Assembly (NCBI RefSeq): GCF_947568905.1
Contig: NC_079165.1
Span: 14,880,001-14,944,000 of the forward strand
From: Ostrea edulis
Lineage: Eukaryota
Direction of reading: 5' to 3'
DNA: 64,000 nt
Under the pieces are notes generated by a model that saw nothing but the letters and a program-made list of their open reading frames with translations, was not told the origin of the DNA and made no database searches. Positions 11,301-22,844 of this stretch are shown in pieces (positions within the stretch are counted from its first letter, which is position 1; each line of letters starts with the position of its first letter). A program made the translations under genes and the position numbers.

Positions 11301-14300
11301 AGATTTATAACATCATGAACTTAATTTGACAATGCAAATCCACAGAACTATGACCTTGTAGACAAAAGTATGTCTATTGTAGTTTTATCTGATGTTTAAC
11401 CCCTGATAGACATCAAGTCAGTTGTTCAGTAGTAGAACTAAATTTTCTTACGTTTTACACTAGACATAGTGAATGTTAAAAGTTTGTATCTTGAAAAAAT
11501 GTGACAATTTTTAGGGAGTGAATGTGTTTACGAAGGCCCACAATGGTGACACTGCCCGATCCCTGGCTCTGATTCACAGCAACATGAAGATCGTTAGTCT
11601 TATTGACAACCATGTCATGCCTAACACCTGTCTGCGGTCAGAGGCAGGTAAGTTATGGTAGGGACAGGATCTATTAGGTTATAACCCTGTGACCAGGACT
11701 GGATGGTAAAACTTTAAATATTGGGCCTTTGTAAGGAGAGTCAGCTTGTGGGCTATTGTACAGAGAGTCAACTTATTGTGGGCTACTGTACAGTGAGTCA
11801 GCTTATTGTGGGCTATTGTACAGAGAGTGAGCTAATTGTGGGTTTTGTACAGAGAGTGAGCTTATTGTGGGCTATTGTACAGAGGGGCCTTATTGTGGGC
11901 TATTGTACAGACAGTGAGTGTATTTTGGGCTGTTGTACAGAGAGTGAGCTAATTGTGGGTTTTGTGCAGAGAGTGAGCTTATTGTGGGCTATTGTACAGA
12001 CAGTGAGTGTATTTTGGGCTGTTGTACAGAGAGTGAGCTTATTGTGGGTTACTGTACAAAGGGGCCTTATTGTGAGCTATTGTGCAGAGAGTGAGTTTAT
12101 TGTGGGCTTTTATACAGAGAGTCAGCTTATTGTGGGCTATTGTACAGAGAGTGGGTTTATTGTGGGTTGTTATACAATGAGCTTGTTATGGGGTGTCAGT
12201 GAGCTTATTGTGAACTGTTATACATTGACCTTATTGAAAGCTGTTGTATGGACAGTGAGTTTATTGTGGGCTGTTGTACAGTGATCATATTGTGGGCTAT
12301 TGTACAGAGAGTGAGTTTATTGTGGGCTGTTGTACAGGGTGAGCATATTGTGGGCTTGAGTTTATTGTGGGATTTTGTACAGACTGAGCTTTATTGTGGG
12401 CTGTTAAACAGCTTATTGTGAACTTTTATACATACAATGATCTAATTGTGGGCTGTTACACAGCTAATTGTGAACTTTTACACATACAATGAGTTTTTTG
12501 TGAGCTGTTGTACAGACAATGAGCTTGTTAGAGACTGTTGTAGAGGCTGTGAGCTTATTGTGAGCTGTTGTACAGACAATGAACTTGTTAGAGACTTTAC
12601 ACAGACAATGAGCTTGTTAGACGTTTTACAGACAATGAGCTTGTTAGAGACTGTTGTACAGACAATGAGCTTGTTAGAGACTGTTGTAGAGACTGTGAGC
12701 TTATTGTGAGCTGTTGTACAGACAATGAACTTGTTAGAGACTTTACACAGACAATGAGCTTGTTAGATGTTTTACAGACAATGAGCTTGTTAGAGACTGT
12801 TGTACAGATAATGAGCTTGTTAGAGACTTCTACAGACAATGAGCTTGTTAGAGCCTTTACATAGACAATGAGCTTGTTAGAGACTTTATACAGCCAATGA
12901 GCTTGTTAGAGACTGTTGTACAGACAATGAGTTTGTTAGAGACTTTATACAGACAATGAGCTTGTTAGAGACTTTATACAGACAATGAGCTTGTTAGAGA
13001 CTTTATACAGACAATGAGCTTGTTAGAGACTTTATACAGACAATGAGCTTGTTAGAGACTGTTGTACAGACAATGAGCTTGTTAGAGACTGTTGTACAGA
13101 CTGTGAGCTTGGTAGAAACATTATGCAGACAATGAGCTTGTTACAGACTGTTGTACAGACTGAGAGCTTATTGTGTTTTAGGTTTAGATGCTGGTGAACT
13201 AAGTTCCTCTGATGAAGCTTACTCTAAACCAAAGCAAGGTCATAGAGGTCAAAAGAGTAAAGGTCGCGGACCAAGCATTCGAGATGGACCAGACGCCATA
13301 GCAAGACTGATCAACAGATCTCCAACCACAGACAACTACAAACCAGCCAAAAGTGAGTTATTAATTGCATGGAAGACAGAGAATTGTGAAATATATTTAG
13401 AGGATAGAGAGGTACTCCAGGCTTTGGGACCTTAAAATCTTATTTACTGTAGATTCCGAAATATTCACAAGGAATTTATTGTCGCGTAATTTTACGAGTC
13501 ATCACTCGCGAAATAAAATTATTGACTTTTATTTTTCTGTTGTTAAAAAACATGTAAGAACTCTTGATTAACAGACAACACATGAATTCTTGTTCACACG
13601 ATTAGACATCCACGAGTCATTTCGCTGTATTAAGTATTCACATAGAATAGAAACGAATCAACTGTAATATACATGTATTTCAACATGTATTTCAATCCTG
13701 TAAGGATTTGTATGTACACAAGTTTTTTTATGTTGAATCATATTTGCAATTGCCATGCACTGTGACACATTGAAATGTTTGGCATTGTGTAAAATTTCAA
13801 TGTAAGTTACATGTATTGTCAGTTGATGATCACTAAGCAAAAAAAAATACAATGTATTTCATACGAACTTTCACTTTTAAGGATGTATAGACACTTACTT
13901 TTTCAAAGATGTATAAGACACTTATATTTCAAGGATGTATATAACAATACAATATAATTGTATTTAATGTAAAGTCTTTAAGTAAACAAATAGATACCTC
14001 GGTGTGACTCGAAAATTGTAAAAAGACATGATCTATTTCTGATTCTATTTTTGCATCTTATTATGAAACACATTTAGTTGTTTTAAACTATGTAGTGCTT
14101 CACAGAATTCTAATAGGAGATAGATTAGTATGCCTTATCAAGATAAAGTAGTTGTGTCCATGTATGCATTGTTTTAAATAATTGATGTACAATGGAGTGC
14201 TGCTTATTGCTTTACAGAAGGGCCAAAAGTCCCCAAGGGATATATGACATTCCCCCGAGGAACTGAGGGAAATGAGGAGAACTCCAAGCTGTGTTATAGA

Positions 14301-14795
14301 GATGTGACTTCTCCAATCAATCTACAAGACTACAATGCTCTGGACAGTTCTGGGGGAAGAGGAACAGGTATTGAATTGTCTCCCTTATCATCTCCAAGAC
14401 TAAAGTAATATACTTAAATTCTCTAGCTTCCTTGAATTGTTTGTGATTTGAAAGGTAAAATTTACTGCTGTTTTAGGCTGTCCTCTCACTACTATATATT
14501 ATGGAAAATTAGTACAAGTTTCAACTTTGAACAAGGGCACTTTTTGCTGTTGCTGCTTTGAAACTTTCTAAGAAAAGATCATTTAAGTGTTTGAAAAAAA
14601 AACCTGCTGAGATTTACAACATAGAGCACAAATCAAACTTTTTAGTTTGCATTCATTACTTAAAAACTGAGAAAAGTTTTGTAAGAATGCTATATAACTG
14701 CCATAAAAATGTCATCTGCTATAATACTTACAGTTCATCTGTAATGCATGTATAAGTATGGATAATTTATATTGTAAAACATGCACATGCTCTCA

Positions 14796-14844
<49 letters not shown>

Positions 14845-16073
14845 CCAATAATAAAAGTCAAGAAACACAAAACTCGAATAACATTTCACTGTTAGCGCTT
14901 TCGGCTTTAATGCCTCTTCAGACAGTTATAAAATGAAATATGTGTGGTTCCAAAGAAATTGGCCGGTTTATACAGAGACCGGAGTGCAGAATGTTGACAA
15001 GAATGAGAGTTGCTTCCCTTGTATTCACTGGCTATGCATACGTGTGTAATGATTGCTAACGTTTTATTATATCACAAAAGAATTCAAAATGTAAAAATAA
15101 AAATGTCAGTGTTTTGTTGTCGTGTTCTTTTGACAAAAAGTTTCAATTTTTATTAAACAGTTTAAAATCTCAGAATTATTCGTGCACTTTTCTGTTGTTA
15201 AATTGTCGATTTCGTCTACATCCTCGCCGTCTTCAAGTGCTACATTATGTACGTTCGTTAAGTTTGTGTTGTGTTCATCTAATCTTTCCCAGCTTTCGTT
15301 GTAAATGTATCGCTTTCAACTGTCTCAATTTGTGAAACGGAAACTGATGTAATGCCGAGTGATCGATCGGACATGGCGAGTTGTGCTAACTAACTGCATA
15401 TCATCACTGTCTGACTCGCCGTAGAGCTCCGTTAAGTCCACGAGGGGAAACCCTGCTTTTGGAAAACATAACTGGATTGTTGACGATTTTGTTTCATTCC
15501 AAGAATGTATCGAAATCACCGATTAATGGAACTTTGTCTTTTAATGTCAGTGCTCGTCTCTGTCATTATGGGGGAGGCCCGTGCGCCATTACCTCGTGAG
15601 TGGTGCTGTCATAATTGAAAAGTGCATCCCCCAAACATCAGATTTTACTTTAAACTGATTACGACTCATCGCCAGTTGAACTCTTTTACTTACCTGAGGT
15701 TCCCCTTAATTAAAACACCCTCTGTGTACACCACGTGTGATCGACCGACTACCAACAGGTTGGTCATTGTGGGGTGGCTGGTATAAATACGATAATTAGA
15801 GCTAATTACGAGCAGTTGTGACCTCGTGTAAACTGAATACGATGGACCGTGAAAATTGGGTGGGGTTCTGTCGAGTGGCCGGTTTACACAGGATAATTAA
15901 AGCTAACTGATAGCAGTTGGGACTGCGTAGGCCAGCCGATATACAGAATATGCAGTATCCGGAGTACAGGGAATTATTAATAAAGGATTTTCTAAAAAAA
16001 ATGTTAGGGACTATATTTTGTGGCCGGAATTGACAGAGCGCCGCAGTACTCAGGCCGATTTGGACAAATTATA

Positions 16074-16112
<39 letters not shown>

Positions 16113-19100
16113 TAGCTTTCAAGAAATGGGTGTAAATAAAGTACATGTACCAAATTATGTAAATTTTCTGTTGACTGTAGATTTAATTTAATTATGAATA
16201 AACAAAATGAATTTATATCGATGATTGTTAATCTTTATAGACTCTAACGATAATGAGCCGGGAGAGGATGGGAACGCCTTTTCTAAAACTGGTGCCCTGA
16301 CCATCAAGAGCAGCTCCGGATCTAGTGGGGGACTAATGGCGGCTTTTGGTCTTAGTCACAGCAGTAATGACAGTGATGGTTATCAACCACAGGACAGCTC
16401 CTCCCTAGATGGCAGCACTGGTGGGCGAGATTTGTCTGAGAACGAGGGTGCTTTATCCCCGGCCTCAAGCTACAACAAAGCCATGGCACAGCTCAGCCTG
16501 AAAAACCAGTCAGGCGTGTCTTCAGAGTCAGAACTGGAAAACTTAGCCAGAAATGAAAAAGACATTAAAAGCAATACAAAGGAGCAGGTCTCCCAGAATA
16601 ACCCACAGCCTAAACCTAGTGCAATGAGTCCCACTTCACAGCTGAAAGACCGTGAGAAACAGTCCAATAAAAGTCGCTCTAACTCTCCCAGTGTCAAGTT
16701 CAATACTCAGGACGTCATCATGCAGCCATCAGTTCCTGTTCATACCCCTCCCCCACAGCATCAGATTGACCAGCACCGCCCCCCACCAAATCAACCTCCC
16801 CACCCCACTACACAAGTCACTACGAATCCGCCCACGCAGATACCCCAGCATCTACAGGGTGCCAAGCCCAAGGTGCTACCTCCAGGATTTAACAATCTTG
16901 CCGCAAATTTTATGCCACAGTTGGGATGTCATATATTACCTGCTTCTGGTATCCCAGAACAACAGTTCTTTGCTCAGAAAAAGGTCAGAATTTTAGTGAT
17001 ATGTGTTGCCAGTTTCCCAACCCTACCTACCTTTTTGCTGTTACCCTAAAGATTTTTTAAAATTGATTATATGTATAAAAAAAAGTAAAAATCCTGAATT
17101 TTCAAACTGGAATTTTTTTCTGTTTGCATTTGAGTTTCCGACCTAATTTTTATGGGAGTGAAATAGTAAACACAGATATATTTTATTTTGGCCTTATAAA
17201 CAGTACAATGAAAGTTTCAAATTGGATTCCATCAAACAGTCCTTATTTTCATTACTGGTATGATGTAAGATGTATAGATTTTTCTTTTGTTACATTTACC
17301 ATTACATTGTTGAGTTCTACTTATTACTTTTACAGCAAATACTTTTCATAGACACATGATAATTATATTTAAAACATATATATTTGGTCAGATTTTATAT
17401 AAAGGTGAAGTTTCCCTGTTTCTGATTTTAGACTGACCATGAAGATCACCCTAGAGACCTACCCTCACTGCTACATCAACTGGGTCTGTCCAAATACCTG
17501 AAAGTGTTTGAGGAACAAGATGTGGATCTGCAAGTGTTCCTGTCACTGACAGATAATGACTTGAAGGAGATTGGAATAAAGTAAGATATATAAATATACA
17601 TGTAGATGTCTTTGAATCTTCAGATACCAATATTAATAAAACTTTTAAAAAAATAAATACCAATACAATGAACATGCTTATAATGAAATTATGCTTATTG
17701 TGAAGTGATATTATTTCCCTAAAATAACAAAAATGTCATTAGATGTCAACGAAGAAAAATAGAAATCATATTCTCATATAGTCATCAACTGGGCCTTATT
17801 ATACCTAGTTGGTTATATGTTTTTTGCTAGCCCTGTTTTACTTATATATACTGTTATATTCACACTTTGATTGGGTTGGAACACATGTGAGTTATTAGGG
17901 GAGGTGTAGAAACACATGTGAGTTATTAGGGGAGGTGTAGAAACACATGTGAGTTATTAGGGGAGGTGTAGAAACACATGTGAGTTATTAGGGGGTGTAG
18001 TTACACATGTGAGTTATTAGGGGAGATGTAGTTACACATGTGAGTTATTAGGGGAGATGTAGTTACACATGTGAGTTATTAGGGGACATGTAGAAACACA
18101 TGTGAGTTATTAGGGGAGGTGTAGAAACACATGTGAGTTATTAGGGGAGATGTAGAAACACATGTGAGTTATTAGGGGAGATGTAGAAACACATGTGAGT
18201 TATTAGGGGAGGTGTAGAAACACATGTGAGTTATTAGGGGAGATGTAGTTACACATGTGAGTTATTAGGGGAGATGTAGAAACACATGTAAGTTATTAGG
18301 GAAGGTGTAGAAACACATGTGAGTTATTAGGGGAGATGTAGTTACACATGTGAGTTATTAGGGGAGATGTAGTTACACATGTGAGTTATTAGGGGAGGTG
18401 TAGAAACACATGTGAGTTATTAGGGGAGATGTAGTTACACATGCGAGTTATTAGGGGAGGTGTAGAAACACATACAAGTTATTAGGGGAGATGTAGAAAC
18501 ACATGTGAGTTATTAGGGAAGATGTAGAAACACTAGCTGCAGAACTGTAGCTCTCTGAAAAAATATTTTGACATAACAGAGAGCTACAGAGCCACCCCTT
18601 ATAAAAACCTTCGATTTACGGCGCACAAAAAGCTGCGCACGGTTGAGGCCTTATATTGTTGTATTCTTGAGTTACTGTCTCATAAATTTAATATAAAAAA
18701 TTCTTAACATATTTTCCTACTATACTTGTGTCTAAACATACCTTCAAATATTCATGAAAGCCCCACACGACCTGAAAACTCCCAGCTTCAAATGATTTCG
18801 TTTCACACATGTGAATTATTAGGGGAGGTGTAGTTACACATGTGAGTTGTTAGGGGAGGTGTAGAAACACATGATTGTGAGTTATTAAGGGAGGTGTAGT
18901 TACACATGTGAGTTATTAAGGGAGGTGTAGTTACACATGTGAGTTATTAGGGGAGATGTAGAAACACATGCGAGTTATTAGGGGACATGTAGAAACACAT
19001 GTGAGTTATTAGGGGGACATGTAGAAACACATGTGAGTTATTAGGGGAGGTGTATAAACATGTGAGTTTTTAGGGAAGATGTAGAAACACATGTGAGTTA

Positions 19101-21700
19101 TTAGGGGAGGAGTAGAAACACATGTAAGTTATTAGGGAAGGTGTAGAAACACATGTGAGTTATTAGGGGAGGTGTAGTTACACATGTGAGTTATTAGGGG
19201 AGGTGAAGAAACACATGATTGTGAGTTATTAGGGGAGGTGTAGTTACACATGTGAGTTATTAGGGGAGGTGTAGAAACACATGTGAGTTATTAGGGGAGG
19301 TGTAGAAACACATGTGAGTTATTAGGGGAGATGTAGAAACACATGTGAGTTATTGGGGGGGAGGGACGTAAAAACACGTGAGTTATTAGGGGAGGTGTAG
19401 TTACACATGTGAGTTATTAGGAGATGTAGAAACACATGTGAGTTATTAGGGGGGGTGTAGAAACACATGTGAGTTATTAGGGGAGGTGTAGAAACACATG
19501 ATTGTGAGTTATTAGAGGAGGTGTAGTTACACATGTGAGTTATTAGGCAGGGTTTGACATTTACTTTTTTGAGCACTAGACCAGTCGGGCTACTTCAAAT
19601 GATTTTTACTAGACCTGACCTTACATCAACTAGTCCTGACCAACTTTCCAGAGAAAAAAAAAACCCTGGTGGTTTCTCCATATTTAAGTACTTAATTCAA
19701 ATGACAAACGTTAAGTTTAAACTAAAACGTACTTAATCGTCTCAAAAACATCTTTTAGTCTCGTAATTCAATTTGATGCTTTTATTTTCAAACGCATTTT
19801 CTGTTTCTTTAAATTCTACTCGGCACAGAAATTCTTTAGTCCATTTGTTAGAATAAAATGGCCTCAACCGTTTTTTTAAAAAAAATTTATTGCACAAGCC
19901 CTGCTTTGTTTCTTCCCAACCTATTCTTTTTTTTTTCTCTCGGAACATCCTTCCTTGAGGACGAGAAGTCGAGACATTCCCGCACATGTGTCAACACCGA
20001 AAAATGACTATTTACGATGTAATTTATTAATTTGATAGACACTTTCTTATATTCAATTAAAATAAACTGTTTTTGGTTTTTTAAATGAAAATAAATTCAG
20101 TTTATATCTATGTATCCGAAACATAACTTTACACACATTAACAAAGAGTAAATGTCGTAAAACATCACTTTCGACAGTGACTTATATATTAGAACTAAAA
20201 ATAGAGATTTTGTCATCACGCGGTTCAAAATTGCTCGCAAACTCTTTACAGTTATTTTTGTTAGTTAAAAATAAGATATCTTATGGTTTAAACTAAAGTT
20301 TCTTGTTTATTTTTTCAACACGACCAGTCGGACTAGTAAATCGATATTTTACCCAACCTGACCTATCATTTAGTAGACTCGGTCGGTCGGACGTGCCTTA
20401 GTGTCAAACTCTGTTAGGGGAGATGTAGAAACACATGTGAGTTATTAGGGGAGATGTAGAAACACATGTGAGTTATTAGGGGACATGTAGAAACACATGT
20501 GAGTTATTAGGGGAGGTGTAGAAACACACGTGAGTTATTAGGGGACATGTAGAAACACATGCGAGTTATTAGGGGAGATGTAGAAACACATGTCAAATGT
20601 TGATATATACATTGTATATGTAATATGGGTGGAAAATTGGAAAATTACAGATTATTTGGTCCAAGAAAAAAAATGACCAATGCCATAGCTCGCTGGCAGA
20701 GTAAGGCTCCAATGCCAACCAATGACAAGCTGGAACAGGCTTATGCTGATCGTCTGGAGGGAGAAATGCAAGAAATGGCTCTTCAGCTGCTAAAGGTACA
20801 ATCAAGTACACAAAAGCTTTTTCTATAAGTTCACATTAGGCATTTGAAAGAATTTTGATATAATGAAATTAGAGTCATCAACTGGGCCTTAGTATACTGT
20901 TGAACGTTTGACAAGTGGTAAAAACGATATTGTTGACTTTTTCATATTTCAAATTAATTTGAAGTTTTCAGAGGGCTGATGTCATTTTTCATTCTGTAGG
21001 CTACAGAACAGGTTGAAGCTATGAAAGCTGAAGTTAAACAGGAACAACAACTCCGCCTAGTGACAGAGAGCTGTCTAAACGATGAGAGAGCCATGCGACA
21101 CCATATAACGGGAGTCATGCGAGAAATGAGGATGAAATGTGACGAGATGAAGGAATCCTTACGCAATCTTACGTATGTCTCATGGCATGTTTTTACGTTT
21201 TTGTACGATTTTTTTTAATCTAGGTTTGAAAAGATGACAAGAATTTTATTTTATCTATTCTTCTACGTAAGTAATTAAAAGAAAGTCATTGTATGTATTT
21301 CACCTTCTAACGAAAGTAAATTTCTTTTCATTTCTGACCTGGATTTCTTTTTTAAAAAACTTCAGTCAAAACTTGGACTTAAATTCTGACTGTTCAAATG
21401 AAAGAAAACTCAAACTTTTTGTAGAAATCCAAGCTTGATTTGTTTTTATATCTTCTCTACAGTCATAATCATTCAGAAATTCGCCTGAAGCTACAGAATT
21501 CAGGAGACTCCAATTCCTTGAAAGACATGTCTCATCACAATAGATGTATAACGCTGACAAGCGATAGGCTGTACAACTTAGAGGGAGTGATGAAGAAGAC
21601 AGAACAACAGATTAAGGACCTTCAGAAATATCTCTCTGTTGTCATGATAAACATCGACAGAATTGTTGGAAGGAGTCACAATGAAAATGGCTTCTCGTGA
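8182..21700 (+). CDS. ANKS3: Ankyrin repeat and SAM domain-containing protein 3, complete CDS in 12 exons (2493 nt, 830 aa)
   Basis: Exons 8182-8372, 9290-9485, 10330-10451, 11014-11095, 11515-11647, 13182-13352, 14218-14367, 16241-16983, 17432-17580, 20651-20795, 21000-21172, 21463-21700; all GT-AG with consistent phases. Diagnostic motifs: ELLDRSLSVW, PLDLHTASSIGQY, GGWSPLMYACYIGHD, GQTPLMLASSCGNES, LCYRDVTSPIN, SAM KYLKVFEEQDVDLQVFLSLTDNDLKEIGIKLFGPRKKM, AYADRLEGEMQE. Confidence 0.95.
9290..9485 (+). CDS. ANKS3: ANKS3 coding exon 2 (ankyrin repeats)
   Basis: Acceptor tttcatcag|; KVDLNKKNLGGWSPLMY...YFLVQ; donor CAG|GTATAT. Confidence 0.93.
10330..10451 (+). CDS. ANKS3: ANKS3 coding exon 3 (ankyrin repeat)
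   Basis: QGAELEARDHKGWTALFHATYAGHQNMVKFLLEQGVNINA; donor GT|GTAAGT. Not listed in this frame in the ORF track. Confidence 0.93.
10515..10830. mobile_element. Tc1/pogo-type MITE fragments in ANKS3 intron 3
   Basis: CAGTCAAACCTCATTATCTTGAACTC terminus (similar copy at about 62840) and a second TACAGTAAAACAC terminus at about 10740. Confidence 0.5.
11014..11095 (+). CDS. ANKS3: ANKS3 coding exon 4
   Basis: EPSLGLTPFMEAAAEGHEIIVQLLLQH; donor CAT|GTAAGG. Confidence 0.92.
11515..11647 (+). CDS. ANKS3: ANKS3 coding exon 5
   Basis: GVNVFTKAHNGDTARSLALIHSNMKIVSLIDNH...; donor G|GTAAGT. Confidence 0.9.
11720..13180. repeat. About 30-bp minisatellite (two grading subtypes) filling ANKS3 intron 5
   Basis: TTATTGTGGGCTATTGTACAGAGAGTGAGC grading into GACAATGAGCTTGTTAGAGACTGTTGTACA. 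Confidence 0.95.
13182..13352 (+). CDS. ANKS3: ANKS3 coding exon 6
   Basis: LDAGELSSSDEAY...PSIRDGPDAIARLI...; donor A|GTGAGT. Confidence 0.88.
14218..14367 (+). CDS. ANKS3: ANKS3 coding exon 7
   Basis: GPKVPKGYMTF...LCYRDVTSPINLQD...; acceptor tttacag|, donor G|GTATTG. Confidence 0.88.
14840..16077 (-). mobile_element. Composite insertion between two (TA)n runs in ANKS3 intron 7, with hammerhead end and decayed ORF-like body
   Basis: Bounded by (TA)n at about 14806-14838 and 16078-16110; minus-strand end TATTGGATTTT is shared with the 25.6-kb copy; GC and CpG higher than the flanking intron. Confidence 0.5.
14888..14926 (-). ncRNA. Minimal type I hammerhead ribozyme (Penelope-like-element type)
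   Basis: Minus strand reads ACTGT-CTGAAGA-GGC attaaa GCC-GAA-AGCGCT-A-ACAGT: full core CUGANGA/GAAA, stem II GGC/GCC, palindromic stem III AGCGCU, CUA cleavage triplet, 5-bp stem I. Confidence 0.8.
16241..16983 (+). CDS. ANKS3: ANKS3 coding exon 8 (Ser-rich then Pro/Gln-rich low complexity)
   Basis: Inside ORF 16225-17049; acceptor ctttatag|, donor AAG|GTCAGA; phases match both neighbouring exons. Confidence 0.85.
17432..17580 (+). CDS. ANKS3: ANKS3 coding exon 9 (SAM domain)
   Basis: TDHEDHPRDLPSLLHQLGLSKYLKVFEEQDVDLQVFLSLTDNDLKEIGI; donor AA|GTAAGA. Confidence 0.93.
18534..18802. mobile_element. Truncated transposon inserted in the 31-bp minisatellite
   Basis: Begins with the same TAGCTGCAGAACTGTAGCTCT terminus as 29723; the satellite resumes at about 18803. 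Confidence 0.6.
19548..20413. mobile_element. 866-bp TIR non-autonomous DNA transposon inserted in the 31-bp minisatellite
   Basis: TIR CAGGGTTTGACA / TGTCAAACTCTG (11/12 match); TTAGG duplicated at 19543-19547 and 20414-20418. Confidence 0.8.
20651..20795 (+). CDS. ANKS3: ANKS3 coding exon 10
   Basis: LFGPRKKMTNAIARWQ...AYADRLEGEMQEMALQLLK; donor AAG|GTACAA. Confidence 0.92.
21000..21172 (+). CDS. ANKS3: ANKS3 coding exon 11 (coiled coil)
   Basis: ATEQVEAMKAEVKQEQQLRLVTESCL...; donor AC|GTATGT. Confidence 0.9.
21463..21700 (+). CDS. ANKS3: ANKS3 last coding exon
   Basis: Acceptor ctctacag|; HNHSEIRLKLQ...ENGFS; stop TGA at 21698-21700. Confidence 0.82.
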
Positions 21701-22844
21701 ACATTAACCAGTATGAGCTCTGGTGAATTTCACAACCATCGTTCTTGGTTAAACAATATCATTATTCAGAGCTAATCCATAACATATTTTTATGAAAGAA
21801 TCTCGTTTGTGTGTGTACTGAATAGAAAGAGATTTCTAGATGTATTTAAACTCCACAATTTACAAAGACAAGTGATGTTTTCGTTGCGTATACCTGTAGA
21901 TCAGGAGAGAAGAAAGATAACTCTACCATCTGTGATGATTGAACATTTGTAATCTGTTACATATAAGAAAGATAACTCTACCATCTGTTACATGTACGCT
22001 TTTTTTCTCACAATTTATCATATGTTATATTTTTACAATTTACTGTGAATCCTTTTTAAATATTGATATGAATATAATTATACATGTATGAATATCTTAA
22101 AATCATTATGCATTTACATAAGTGTTAATAATCTGAATATTTTAAAGTCTTTTGTGATTTTTCCCCCTCTATAATATGTCTGTCTATCAGTCTATATCCC
22201 TTTTTTGAGCAAATGATGACAATCACTTATACACAGTGAGCTAATAGGTTTTATATGAGGCTTGCATGTTTTGTCTTTTTTATTTCATAGTTTGAACTGC
22301 CAAAAATATATAGCTTTATAAACATGCAAGGAATCTTTAATTGAGTTCTCAAATCAGTGTATATTTATGTTATGGTGTTTCGTTAATGAAAAGTTGCATG
22401 TACATCGATTATGTGTGTGAAATAGTGCTGGAACTTTGCATATATCTGAGAAAAGCAGTTATATTTAGATGAAGGTACTTAATTTTTTTTTTTAATTTAT
22501 ACATTTTTTTTGTCTGCATTTTTAAGAAGTGTTTTGTTTTTATATGCCAATTTACATTTAATTTACTGTAGTTCTCTGTTGCAAATGTTGGTTGTGATTT
22601 TATTTTGGAAGTTTTCATCCATTTTGAAGCAATAAATAGCAGTTGTTTTAAAGAAGGGAGTGAATATGATGGAAAAGTATGATTTGACATAAATATGAAA
22701 CAAATCAATATTTTTTTTATTTTTTTTTTTTTTTTCAAATTGAAAATAAAAATGGCAGATAGCAATGTTAAGAAATCCAACATTTTTGTACATGATCACA
22801 GATTAAATATCCTTATAAGTGTATATTTGGCTATGTAGAAATCC

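Larger units (their letters stand above)
17875..20593. repeat. 31-bp minisatellite (about 50 copies) in ANKS3 intron 9, interrupted twice
   Basis: GAAACACATGTGAGTTATTAGGGGAGGTGTA; segments about 17875-18533, 18803-19547 and 20414-20593. Confidence 0.97.

Noticed and set aside
11721-12839. ORFs of 187, 87 and 80 aa with repeated GYCTES/QTMSLL motifs
   Set aside because: They are translations of the intron-5 minisatellite; ANKS3 exons splice cleanly around them.
17875-20593. CRISPR-like appearance of 31-36-bp repeats (also 51560-52436)
   Set aside because: The units are head-to-tail with no unique spacers, there are no cas genes, and the context is eukaryotic.
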